Position numbers and translations under genes: made by a program | Origin: Yuukianura sp. NJ FZ-2021 | Taxonomy: Eukaryota | Direction: 5' to 3' | NCBI GenBank assembly: GCA_046563655.1 | Contig: CM102286.1 | Coordinates: forward strand, 13,392,001-13,456,000 | DNA: 64,000 nt | The notes under the pieces: generated by a model | The model's input: the letters and a program-made list of their open reading frames with translations, nothing else | The model's database searches: none | Told to the model about the DNA's origin: nothing | Part shown: one piece after another, positions 11,435 through 24,800 of the stretch | How positions within the stretch are numbered: the first letter of the stretch is position 1 | How the letters are laid out: every line of letters starts with the position of its first letter

Positions 11435-14400
11435 TCATTTGATTGATCCTGGAGTTGAGCGTAAAGACGTTGCCGGAGATGCTGGCGGAGTGTGCAGTTT
11501 AGGTTTAATACTGGAACCATGCTTTATCGCCAGTCGTTTTGGTGGTACTGGAGGAATATTTCCGGAGGACGTTGTTGAGGTAGAGTTGGTATCATTTGAA
11601 TTTGATATGTGGATCTGATGACTTGCATTTATCCTCCCTTCAGACAAAAACAGCAAAGTTTAATACTGAATGTCACATTTTACAAAAATAAGAGTTCAGA
11701 AAGTCAATTACTGTTGGAAATGTCCATCGTACCGGTACTGGGAGATATTGTTACGTTCTCATATGGCGAAAAAGATGACATGAAGTTAGGCCCGGTTGTC
11801 ATGCGCCTTGATGGTGCCGAATGCTGTCCAGGTTGTGATGAGTTGGATTGATCGCTGAATGCAGGCATTGCATGACCAGAAGTTGTAGAAGAATTATTGG
11901 ATGACGCTCTCACGGTGGAAGTGAAACTTGAGCCTGAAAGTGAACATTTTAGTGAAAAAAATGTGCGTCGCATTGAATTTAATGCAAACCTTACCAGAAG
12001 CTCTGCTGTTGCTTCCGGTCACAAATGACGACGTGGGAAGTACTGGAGAAAACACGTTTGCCGCAAATTGCTCAAATGTCGTCCGAACTTTGTGATTTTG
12101 AATTATCGTTGAAAGGGCTTTGGCCCGTTCTTGAAAACTAAAAAACAAGTAAATCTCATACAAAATTGTATTGATTCTACAAACTAAATTTTGTTCTTAC
12201 TGATGCTGGAAGTAAGGCAAACAGGATCTACGAGCCCTTGAAGCATTGATGGCAGTAGATCGCACCAAAAGGGCCAATACATCTCCATGTATCACAGCTT
12301 CATTGTGCAGTGGTCCGAAATATGGAATCTGTACAGCAAAGCTCAAGTTAGATTTTCCATAACATTGGACAATAATCAACAGATGCTGAGTAAATACAAA
12401 CCATTAAGCACCTACCTCTGGCTTTTTTGAAATTTGAATTCGAAATAGGCCATATCGAAGTGGATAAATAACAATGAGGACGTCACAAAATTCTGTTGGA
12501 ATGATGTCTCTCCTGTAGTCACGTTTGTGTTCAGACCAAACGATATGCACTTCGTCGTTTCCAAGATGGCGCGTCTAGCAGTAAAATAATTCATTCTTTT
12601 AGTTGCTTTATAAAGCGTTGTTAGTAGCAAACTACTTTAGTACACTAGGCAAAATGCTTGGCAGTACTGTAAAATACCTTTAGCAGTAAACTTTCTCCAG
12701 TATCGGACGGAAGTCTTGTAGAAACATGGAAGATGACTTCCGTGAATGAAGTCGCTGTACAATTAATCAATCCAATTAAAGATTGGGTCATATTAATTTA
12801 CATGCATTAATTTAAACATCAGCTCCTGAGGACACTCACTCACCATAATATGGAGCTGTTTCTCCCGAATTTTTGTTTTTTGGTAAACCGCCCATAAATC
12901 CTGTGTGTGTTTCCAGTTCCACTTCCCATCCGAGGCCTTAAAAATTTTTCTTTTCAAAAAATTTTTTCACTATTTTCTTTGAAGTGCTCGTAGCTAACCT
13001 GATACAAAGTCTTCAAACTCTTCACTCCCAGCAGTATTGCACAAAATGGATTGCTTGTCCTCTTGACCATGGGCAACATAAATGACAGCAATCTTGTGAA
13101 ACTCACGACATGTCTAGAAAAAACGAAAATCCAAGTTCAAAATTCACAGCATTTTGAGCGAAATTGAACTAAATTTAATTTGTACTTCCACTACCTGGTT
13201 ATCCAAGTGTTTTAACTCTCTCAACAGCTTTTCATCCTTGTTCAGAAGATAAATGCTGGACCGCTTCTCCCAACCATTAAATCCAAGTTGGCTAAACAAA
13301 CGTCTACATCTGAGAAAACTGGATGAAAAATTATTTCTTGACGAAGCTCCAAGTGACAACGAATTCTCTTCGCTTTCCATAATGTCATGTGGTAGATCGC
13401 TTCCACACTGAAGAGACTTTGCACGCATTCTAAGAAAAAAACAACAACTTGTAAATGTCGAAATCAATTCCAATATTGCTGCCTACTTCTACTTACGTCA
13501 CATCCAAATCTACGGTTGTCAAGTACTCAAACTCTGCGCTTCTCTGACTCACGACAGCCCCAACCACGTCATCTTCCTGGTCCTGCGTCAAGGTCACTGG
13601 TGTTGCCCAAGGAGTTGTCAAGGATTCTCCATTTTTCAATAGACATTCTGGACTGGTATGACCAATGTACTCCAGTAACTACATTTCATGAGAAAAAAAA
13701 ACACAATGTCATTCTTATCATCTCATCATGGAAAACTTTTCATATTTATTACTCACGTCGTCCAAATTATCAAGATCTTCCGCAGAATTCTCAACGGTTG
13801 GCAAGTTTCCAGCGTTTCTGTGGCGTACAGTCAACCTAGCCCCAATTTGTGGAAAGAACGATCCCGTTATGGCAGAATGGAAGTAAATGTCTTCTGAATG
13901 TCTTAGTTGTGGCACCCCGAATGAAATCTCATTTTCATCTACAATGAAACGAAGAATTTCTAAAAATACTGGAACAATGTGAACCACATATTAGCACTAC
14001 AGTCGTAAAACTTACCAGCTGAATTTGTTGGACCAAGCAGACAACTAGCATCCCAGCACGCTTTGCCACTCAAATCCCTTAGAATCAGCCGAACCTGTGA
14101 CATGGGAATTTTGTTACTCGAGTTCGCTAAATTGTCTTCTTCAGCCGGCAGCTCAATCATTGTAAGCAGTGTTTCCTCGTCGATAGCAAACATCTGAAAA
14201 AAATTCAAGCAATTTATAACTTGAACGTGACTTGAAGTAACTATTTTAGCAAACCTGTAAATTCGGAAGAGAAAACACATTCAGTTGAAGCTCTGTTTCG
14301 TCTAGTCCAAGGTCATCATTTTCAGACACAATGGAACAACAACGGGCAGCACAATTGGAAATTGGAAAATGTCCAAATTGTGTTAGAAGGTGCGACATCA

Positions 14401-17400
14401 GCTGAACAATAACAAAACAAAATATAAAAATTCATTCCAAATGGACAACTCAGCTGAACTTAAAAAAAAACATACCGAACGTGCTGCAAGTTTTATCGTC
14501 TGCAAGTCTTGTGCCATTGTTGCCGTGTCGCCTTCAGTCGATCTCCTATCGGTTGTGTTGTGGAGGTCGTCAAACGGAATATTTGGATCAAATTCCTCCG
14601 AGAAAGTTGTCGGAGACGAAGGTTTTACTCCAGGACTTTGATGTCCGCGTGCCACCATTTGCAAAACCTGAAGACAAATAAGCATAGTCAACAGATTTCA
14701 AAATTTCCGAAATATACAAATCAAAAATCAGTAACGCTTACATCAAACACTGATGGTAGAAGTTTTTCACTGTCATTTGCCATTGTGTCCAACAGAATCT
14801 CCAGCGGAGTTCTCATCACCCATTCACCTAAAGTCAGCATCAGCGAAATGAACAAGCGTTTCTCCACCTCCCTTGGCAAAGATGTCCACATTGAATTTCT
14901 TAGCGGAAGGGCTCGTTCTAAAGTCGATTTTAAAACCTGAAAAATAAATTCACAATCAAATCTGCTTGTCCAGTAGTCAATTTCAAAATTGACTGCTACC
15001 AAAATCAGCTTCCGTCCAACTTTTGGAAAATTGGTCATCACTTCCGTTGTAAATTCGGACAACATAAGTAGACAATCCGCGGCAACTAAAACTACGCTGC
15101 GGTTATACACCTAGAAGAAAAAAAAACAATTAGTCAAAGTCAATCTTCAAATATCATATCGTTAGACAAGTAATGTATATAGAAAATTACTTGGACAGAA
15201 GCTATCAAAACGGCAAAGATATCGTGTAATGTATTGTGCTTGTCGACGGAGAGCGATTGTGGTTCAGTATCCGATGGCGGACGGTATTTTAATTCAATCA
15301 ATTCTCTACACAGAAAAATCGTCAGAGATTGCAAAGCAATCGCTCGAGCATGCGACGTCTTCTCAACTTTGGCCGTTTTTATTAAGTATGACAAAACCAA
15401 CTGAAAATCAAAAATACAAAAATCATTTCTAGTCGAACTGGTCGAAAATTAAATCGAAAAGTCAAATCCGAAACTTACTTTCGTATATTGTGCATCTATG
15501 GGATGAAATTGTGGTGAATTTGGACGAAGAACTTTCGAGTCCTTAAAAATATCTGAAACACCGAGAATGGACCCCAGAAGGCTACTGGCTTCCAGTCTCG
15601 GATCCTATATTAATTTTTAAAGATATATAAAGCAAGTAATTTCTAACGCTAAATCTACACCTTTGACTCTCTTACATTTCTGAGATCATCGCTGCTCAAA
15701 ACAGCATGAGCTCCTTGTACTAAATCCAGCAGAAGCAGAGAAAATCCAGGAAGCATCTTGGAGATGAATCTCAGACCGAGCCGTTTCACAATTTCATTTA
15801 TAACATACTAAAAATCAAAATAAGTTTTCTTTTTCAAAAAGTGAAAGTGAAAAGTGAAAAGTGAAAAACGTCAAAAAAAATCCTCGTACCTGATTGTTAT
15901 TGATAATACATTTGTGTATTGTAGCATAGAATTTGTACAAGAATTCTGGTTGGAATGTGATATCCTGATTGGACAGTGTGATAGAACACAATAAAGCACA
16001 GGCCGTAACTTTTCCACGATGATATTCGTTTGGAAGGTTCAAAGCCTAAAACAACAAAACAAAATTCACTTTTCAAATTCACTCCACCAAAACTTAAAAA
16101 AAAACTCACTTCAAAGCACCAAGGAGCAGGCAGAAGCATTGGCGGTACTAATTCTGGAGGTGCCGGAGTCGACAGGTTGTCCAAGCTCACTCCTTGATTT
16201 TGACGAATCTGCACCAAAAAAATCAATCAATCTGTACGTCAACATCCAGCATCATCCTAAAATTCAATCCGAACTTACTTTGTTCAAAGTCGTCCAAGTA
16301 TCCGCAATGATTTGGAAGAAATGAGCATGCGTTCTTGGATTTGGAAACTGGTTGACATTTCCCAGGATTCCCAGCATTCTTCTCCACAGAATCGCTGAAA
16401 CGCTTGGCAGCCATCCCTTAACCTTCCCTCCAGCCAGCACTCCTTTCAGTTCATCTCTGTCAGCAGCATGATGAACATGACTTCCATCTGTTACAAACCA
16501 AAATTCTTCACACCTCTTCACAAAGCAATCTCAGACTATTATGCATTCATACCCAGTGAATCCCCTTCGACGTGCGTTGTAGATGCATTTTCTAAACTTG
16601 CAGTTGAAGAAGAAATTTGAGCCCAGTCAGACTGTTGTGTTACAGTTGTACTACAGTTGGAAAGTGTCAGGAGACCTTCCTTTGGAATCGATCGCCTAAG
16701 TGAATCCATAGACTTCGATAATCTACGTACTCTAAGCATTTTTGAATCCGGCGTATCATGGCCCTCTGGCGTCAGTGCAGGCCTCCTGGAACTGAGATTC
16801 CCTTCGCTCAGACTCCGCTTCAAGGCCTTTCTGTGTGGAATACTGTGGGTTGTGGATGTTGGAGAGAAAATGGTAGACTTCCGCTCAGAGGTTTGGCTAA
16901 TGTTCCGCTTCCGGGTAAAAACTGGTCCTTCAAAAATACAAAACAAATTTTACACGGAGTTTCTCTAAAACATTTTGATCATCGGGATGTAACACTTGCC
17001 TTCTGGAGTTTCGACGGAGACTTTGCTTGAAGATTCTTTCGTAGTGCCCGACTCCATTCCACGCTTCCGTTTTGCTTTTTGTTCTGTCAAACGATCTAGC
17101 GGGAGGTTGGTCAAATCCAGGTTGTAAACATGTCTCGCCAGGACTCTCGTAAGTGTCTCCATCGTTTTCTAACAAAAGTTAAACAAAATTACGACGAATC
17201 TCACCAACTAAAAAAATAATATTAAATACTAGTCAATAATATTTTCATGTTAAGCTTACCGCCCACTCCGTCACCAATTCGTCGTAGATTGTCAATTGTG
17301 ATAAGACAGATTCCAGCTGATCCCAGAGCTCTAAGGATATTGGAACGTTGAGACTTGCTTTTACCCAACTTACAATCAGAGTCTAAAACACACAAACGTT

Positions 17401-20180
17401 TAGTCAATAGTTAATCCGTGTCTCTCAGAATCTGTTAACTTGAAACTAAACTAACTTGAAACATCGCCGATGCCAGTTTTTGTCCAAGCGTTTCTTGATG
17501 TTTCGAAGTCTGATGAGTTTGGGCCTGATTGACATCCAATACTGTAGATGTAATATGCAGCAGCACCACCAGCAATTGCTCCCTGTTTGAATCACACTTT
17601 GGATTAGCAAACATCAACAATGATTTCTAGAATTAACTTGAATTTCGTCTAACCAAGTCCTTGGATCCATCCTGGTATTCATTACGGCGTATCGATAAAT
17701 GTTGAGAACACGCTTGCTGTGAAGTTAAAAAAGAATTCGATAAGTTCTAGAAATATATATGCAGTTGTTTGTGCTTACCAAATGTCCACTTGTTCTTCCA
17801 GTAACGTCACAGCACCTTCGTGTTTGGGAATTTGAACATGTAGAAAAACGGCAGCCGAGTTACAGAAAAATACTTTCAGTACTTTCTGTGCTCCAACACG
17901 CAAGTGCGACAAGTATTCCTCTCGGTTATTGTTGGCGTTGTACCCAATGGCCCCGTAGTACGAATCAGTTCTTAGGCGATTCTTTGGAGTTTCAAAGCCT
18001 GATCCACTGATATCGTCCACCACATCTCCGTCTTCAGGTTCAAGCATAAATACTGGAAGCTCAGGCACCTTGAAAATTAAAAACAACAATTAGTAAACCG
18101 TTAATTGAATGGCAGAGTAATTTTTGATTTACATTTATTTGGATCCAATCCTTGTAGACACAAATCACCCTCCGAATGGCCGCCGAGTGAACAAATGGCA
18201 ACAGCAAGGCTCTTCGAAATATCTCATGCAACAAGTTTATATTCTCCCGGGTTCCAAGTATTACGTCTTTGGCCAGCACATTCGCGTCCACATCACTGCA
18301 AAGCAAGTCACAAAGTTGAAAAAATGTTAATTGGTAAAAGTATACGTAAAGCTTTAAAGTGTTTGAACGTACTTTGGCATACTGGAGTAAGAAGTCAAGG
18401 ACTCCCGGTCCCCGGACAACGACGAATGACCACTAGACTGTAGTTTTCCACTGTCTTCCAGCGATATGTAATTAGCACTTCGCGTACTCCATCTGAAAAA
18501 TATACTACAACTGATCAACATATTTCATCGATTAATACCCCAAAACTACTTTGTCAAACTTACACGTTAGTTGGATGATAACAATCAGTTGAACGGTAAA
18601 CGGAATGAGCATAATTTGCAATCCATTTGACAAAAACTACTTGACAAGTGTACATCAGATTGCTTGCCATGTCACAGCTCTTCCTGGGTTCTGGCAGTTC
18701 TAAAAAATTGCCAACATTAGTTAATATTTTAAAAAAAAAGTTGATCTGATGTATACCTAAAACTGGTTTGTAAATATCAGTGATGACTTGGAAGTTTGTG
18801 AAAAATTTTGGAAGATAGAACTCTTTGAATCTTTCAAACAGAAAGTCCATGCTTTTAGCCCACATCTCAGGCCCACCGTTCCAGTGAACTTTAGGAGCCT
18901 GGGACACCATGAAATCCAAAATGCATTCGAGGTAATACGATGTCGCGTCTTCCGGTTGCTTATCATTGGAAGTTGCGGGTATCAACGGTGTGATTTCCAA
19001 TGGTGCAACACCAAGAGTTATGGCTGGATCGTCCATTGCTGGCGGCCATGCTGTTGCCGGAGTCGTTCCAAATCCAGGCACAAGTGATGCAAACACGTTG
19101 TGAACGTACGCTGGTGCGTTCTTGCCGAGACATTGGTACCAAATCAGAAACAACCTGAAGCACAAGTAAATCAGTCAATAATTAACGTGTTTTAATTCAA
19201 TTAATTCAATTTAATTCATTAAACTAAAACGATATCCGACCTTATTCCTTCGCGTCGAAGACGAGTAGAATTTCCTGGATGATTTAACTTTGCCATCAAC
19301 CGTGACACCGAGTGCAATTGCCATCTTCCGTTGAGAATGTCTGGACATAAGACCAGAATTTTTTCCAGCAAGTACAGAACACTTTCAAGTTCCTCTCGTT
19401 GTGCTCGATGGACTGAAAACGAAAAGAAAACGTTCAGTAATCATCAAAATCTTACTCTGACAAAGTGTAAAGCAGTTAACATTAGTATTAGCAACATGTT
19501 TTACTTGATCCGATCACATGCAAAGAAAGTTAGAAATGTAAAGTAATGTCAACAGAAGGTTAGAACATGGTGGACAGAATGTCGAAAGAACATGCGTCTG
19601 TGCGTGCAAATGGACCTGTTAGGATAAACTCACCAGTAGAATAAATGAGCGTCTCACTTATTAAGAACTGAGACCAGGAAGGAAGGTAACCTGAAATCAA
19701 TCTGGGTATTTCAGCAAATCCCGAAAAAAAATTGATGTAACAAGACAAAAAAAGCATTGAAAAGACCACAAAGAGGTGGAGACAGATTGAAGTTACAATG
19801 AAAATCTGTTGACAAGTTTAATCAACTGCGCAACCAGGATTATTTACAGCTTGATTTCCATAAATTAATAAACTTTACCTCCACGTTGCTTTAAGTTTGC
19901 TTCGGCACATACTATACCCTCGTAAACAATTTTGTAAATGGGTTCATAATGTGTGCAGAATAGAACCTTCGTCTCGATTGTATCAAAAGTATCTACGGAA
20001 ACAATAGATTTCAATTAACATAAATTATGAATGGTACAACAAACTTAAGATGTTGCATCTTCAGAACGTACCTATGATTAACTTCAAATGCTTCAACTTT
20101 GTTGGATTATCCTTCTTCCGATCAAGAATCTTCTGTGTTGACTTTTTAATGTCAATCTGCGTTTTCTGACGTCCAAACAT
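11435..20180 (-). CDS. RALGAPA1: Ral GTPase-activating protein catalytic alpha subunit (RALGAPA1/2 orthologue), multi-exon
   Basis: N-terminus [30 protein letters not shown] matches RalGAPalpha. Internal blocks [27 protein letters not shown] and [15 protein letters not shown]-terminal Rap/Ran-GAP domain with [11 protein letters not shown] and the Asn-thumb motif [15 protein letters not shown]. 5'UTR exons extend to about 20.75 kb. Confidence 0.92.
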
Positions 20181-20952
20181 CTTGTCTTGCGCAGTTACGA
20201 AAACGGCTGAGGCAAGTCCAAGCTTCTTCGACTATTACAGTAAGCACTTAAAAATACACTGCTAACTAAAAACAGTGGATGAATCTTTGTGAGCATATTG
20301 CTTCGTGCAGCAACCACCGGTCACGGTCACTGTGATTCTGTTCCAAATTTTTCTGCATGGCATCCTGTCACATTCCGATGCATAACGCTAACGGTACTCC
20401 GATGAATGCAAATGTTCCACTTCTACCTTCTAGTTAGCGTTCTTCTGCTTATCGTTGTTCTGCTCTAATGTAGATCTGTATCTGGAAAGTTAGAAGCAAA
20501 AATTAATCTCAATTTCAATTCTCAAACGAAATTTAGACGGATCCACTACATTCATTGTCGAATTGTCTATTTCGTTCATACCGTTTAACTCCAGGATTCA
20601 ACAGCCGTAAACCCCTCTCTTCAAACTTTCCGTGACTAATCAATTAGTAATCGACGAATGTTACTCTTTACCTGTTTTGGCACTTACTGCGACTAGCGGG
20701 TCGATGTAGCCGAGCCTACTATGTTTGCCGAAGTGTGAACCTTGATGATGTGATAAAAGATCATGAAGATAACAAAAAGAAATATTTTGAATTTTTGACA
20801 GTTTAATTTAAAAATTTTGAATTTGGCGCTTTTAAAATCCGAGGTAGCTTTTTCTCATACTCTCCAACCACCATCTCAAGCAGTGCTGGGCAAAAAAGGA
20901 ATTTTTTTTAACTCACTTTTCCGAAATTACAATGTTAATTCTAATTGAAAAA

Positions 20953-20960
20953 TTTTATTC
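20953..20960 (-). terminator. Candidate polyadenylation signal (AATAAA) of the receptor gene, giving a ~0.9 kb 3'UTR
   Basis: tttatt on the + strand in an AT-rich block between the receptor stop codon and the RalGAP promoter region. Confidence 0.4.
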
Positions 20961-21824
20961 AATTTCATTTAATTTAAAATAAATTAAGTTTACATAAAGT
21001 TTAAATTAACATTGTTGTAAATTTCTCAATTTTTTTTAATTGAAAGTTTAATCAGGGCTGAAACTAAACGTATTTTAGCCATAATTTGTCGTAAGATTTG
21101 TCGTAAGACTGGATAGGAACAAAACCTAAAAGGTATACTATTTAATTCAATTAACTTTTTAATTAATCATTAACTAATTAACTAATTGAAGTTTGCAACC
21201 CATTCTAGCAACTAAATTTGAAAAAAAAAGAATTGACTAAGGCCCCTCCTCCAACAACTTCTAGTTTTAGAATTTTTAAATTGAGAACCCAAATCCCGCC
21301 ATTTTGAATTCTCTGCACCAATGGGATTGCGGCGGGAGAATTTTAAAATTTTCGAACAGTTACAATATATCGCTGTTCATTTTTTGTTCTTCAAAGTTTC
21401 AACAAAACGGCCTTACCAAAAGGCCGTGTTAGGCATCCAAGTGAAACTTTTACGTCTAAAATTACATATTGATCAGCCCAAACAATTAATTGATGAGCTT
21501 GAGTTAATTAAAGTTAAAGTTAAACATTTCCTTGATTTCTTTGATATCAAAAAACACCTTAAAAGTTATGTAAGGTACACATTTTTGGATCAATCGTGGG
21601 CATGAGCATGGGCCCTACACAAATTTCACAATTTATAAGACTATTTCCTAATTTTACGTTTAATCGTTTCTTTAAACAACAAGAATTTTAACAACATTTT
21701 AAAATTATGATTTTAAAAACTGAGTTTCTGAATTCCACACATTTAAAACTCCAATCAGGAACTCCGGTTGAGTCCGCTTGAATTCGATTGGTCAAATTTC
21801 TACCGAATCAAATTCAACGATTAG

Positions 21825-24800
21825 TCAGGGTGGTTTAAGTTCCAGAGCCCTCAGGGTAGCAACTTTCTCACTCAAAATGTCTTTCTCTTTCAAAAGTTCC
21901 CGCAATTGTTCTTTTAGTTGCCGCTCAGAACTCTTCCATAACTGGATAATCTCTTGTTTTGTTAGATGACTCAAGTTGGACGATGAACTTGAGCATTTCA
22001 TCAATGGATCTTCGTCTGTGAGGTCATCGTCGCCTCTCCGGTGACTTTTGATCCCTTCGTCCAATTTGAATTCGACATGTTGTTCTGGACATTTTTTGCC
22101 AAGGCGCTTCAAGCGTTTCCGCCTCTCCGTGGTATCGGTCTGACTGGCTTCATCTTCCGCTTCTGTTTCTGACTCTTCTTCGACTTCCATGATGGTGGAG
22201 GGTGTATGGTGATGAGATGCTGTTGCCATGACAGTGGGCAATGGCAGTTCACTTCCAGCGACGTCAACGTCCACTCCGAGGATTCGGACTACTTTGGGTG
22301 TCTGTTTATTACTCTCGAGACGTGCTTGGATTGAGTAAATTGGGGCTGGAGAGGATGAGGCTGGAGACGTCGAAAACCGCGTTTCAGTCGAGTCTTGATG
22401 TTGTAAACTCTGCTGTCGTTCGTGTTTTTGGACACTGCAATAAAACATACAAAATGGATTCAAGCATTTTTGGTTGCCATTTGGCCAAAGTTGAAGAGTT
22501 TCCAAACCATTCCGGAGAAAATTTCAAAATTTCCAAAACATTTCTGAGAAAAGTTCCCAATTTCCAAAGCATTTGTGAGAAAGTTTCAAAATTTTCCAAA
22601 GCATTTCTTAGAAAATGTCAAAATTTTGAAATTTTGAAACAGAATGTGCACTTACCGTCGAATTTCTTGAATCATTTCAAAAAATTGGGCTTTACTTTTT
22701 CGTCTTCGGCGCTGTTCACGTTCCTTCTAGGAGAAAAGAAAGTTAGTTAACTAACACAAACTGTCTTAGAGAAAAGCATCTTCCTAACAAAGTTTAAAAG
22801 TGTGAAGGGCATGCGCAGAGCGCTATTTTTGTGAACTATGATGTATAGTCTACAAGCGATTCAATCAACACGACACTTTTGATTACCCTCTTGACACTTT
22901 TCTGGAAGAGACTTGTAATTTGACCTTGTCTGAGCGTGTTGACGAGTTCCTTGGCAGCATGATGCGGTGACACCAGCTCCACGCAGTTGATGAATCGATA
23001 TAATTTCTGTTCAAATAACACAGTTGGATGAACATAATTTTGAGTATGGTTCACAACATTATCATTATCATCATCATCAACCATTCTGAAAGGCTAGACT
23101 CTCACTCTTTGTTCTTTTGTCTTTTTATAACCCTGGAAATGCATGTACAGAAGTGTACAGAAATGTACAGAAAGTGTACAAAAAGTGCTCCCTGGACACA
23201 CAATGAGATGAAGGCGTTGTGAAGTTAATCCTGCTCTGTGTCCACATACACAATTAGTGTCTACCAGGGAAAACTAAACTTTGTAGTTTTCTCCCTCAAC
23301 GGAGCAAAGTTTCACAAAACTTTCTTTTCAGACGCACTCAGGCGGAACATCAAACTGACGACCATTTTGTTTCCAAATTTACACAAAAAGTTTAATTGTG
23401 CGCCACCCAAAAGTGGAGAAAACAAAATCAACTTGCTTTGTTTTCTCGACACTTTCTTCGTTTTCACTATTTCACCCCACTGATCCGTTTCAAAATTTTC
23501 GCCCAGAAAAACTATTAAATCGAATACAAGTTTTTGAAAGTCATACTTTGAAATTTAGAACACGCTGTTTGAAATAAATAATTTTGAAATTTAGCTGTTG
23601 GAAAACGGATAATAGAGAAAAGTGTTTGTTTTTTTGTTTTTAAATTGGCAGAATGACGCCGCGCTATAAAATTTCTTTTCGAAAAATTTAACAACGGTTT
23701 TTGTGGAAGTTGCGTTCTGTTTTTTCGAAAAATTTTGGTTTTTTTAAATGTTTTCCTGAAATTCATACTGGGGCTTCGTTCTTCGTTGTATTTGTATTGA
23801 TCTTCTTTTTTTTTCGTTTTAGAATTTTGATTTTAGAAATTAAAACCTAAAGAGATGAGATTTTGAAAGTTGGTTGGTCACGTAATCTTTGACCTACTTT
23901 GCAATTTGGAAATATGAGTTACACTAAAACTAACCTGTGAGAAAAACATAATATTTGGTGATCTCCAAATGGTTCCTTTTGGTTGTTTTCTAAAATATGG
24001 AAGAGCTATTTTGTAGACGAGGAGTTCCATGCTCAGAATTAAAATTCCCACGAGAGTTCCTACGCCCAGCATTATGATCATCCCAGCCACGGAGTCTATG
24101 CCCAGAGCCTGTATTAAATTTTAAACAAAACAGGGTTAGAGTTTTGGGGAAATTGCTACTCCTAAACGTCCAATTCTCAACGAGATTATTATTCTGCTCG
24201 TCATTTTCAAAACAATAATTTTCAAAATTACGAAAATTATGAAACTCACCCGAGCTCTAATGAGGTCAGAGGAACTTCGTCTAAAACACTCCAACTGCCC
24301 GTACCACTTGCCTTGCAAGTAGTCTAAATAGCCGTTCCCAATGTACTTACTAATTAAACTTGAAATGCTATCCTGCAATTCAAAAAAAAGAGTTAAAAAA
24401 TACAAATTCTTGTATAAATTTTAACAATTTTTTATCTTATTAGCTTTCAGTATGCCATCAAAATATTTGCCAACAGAAATACGTTGTGGTTGCATAACTT
24501 TTAATAATTTTACAAACTTCAAAAACTGAAAAAAAATTGTTTGTCTCTGGCTTTTCAGTTTCAAAACTTTAACTTTGAGCGGAAATGCATTTCTCATTGC
24601 CACAGCATAAGTGTCATCTAAAATTCAAAAAAAAAGTGGGAAAAAAATACCTTTGAAAATTCTTGTATAAATTTAAAATTTTATCAATTTTTTGTTAGAT
24701 TTTAGTTTGCTATCAAAATCAAAAGGAGGATGATATGGCTGCACAACTTGTAATAATTTTACAAACATCAAAAACTGAATTTTTTTTTTTTTTGTGGCTT

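Noticed and set aside
22241..22750. 169-aa + strand ORF with repeated peptide motifs
   Set aside because: Antisense to receptor exons; the periodicity comes from the 31-bp intronic minisatellite.
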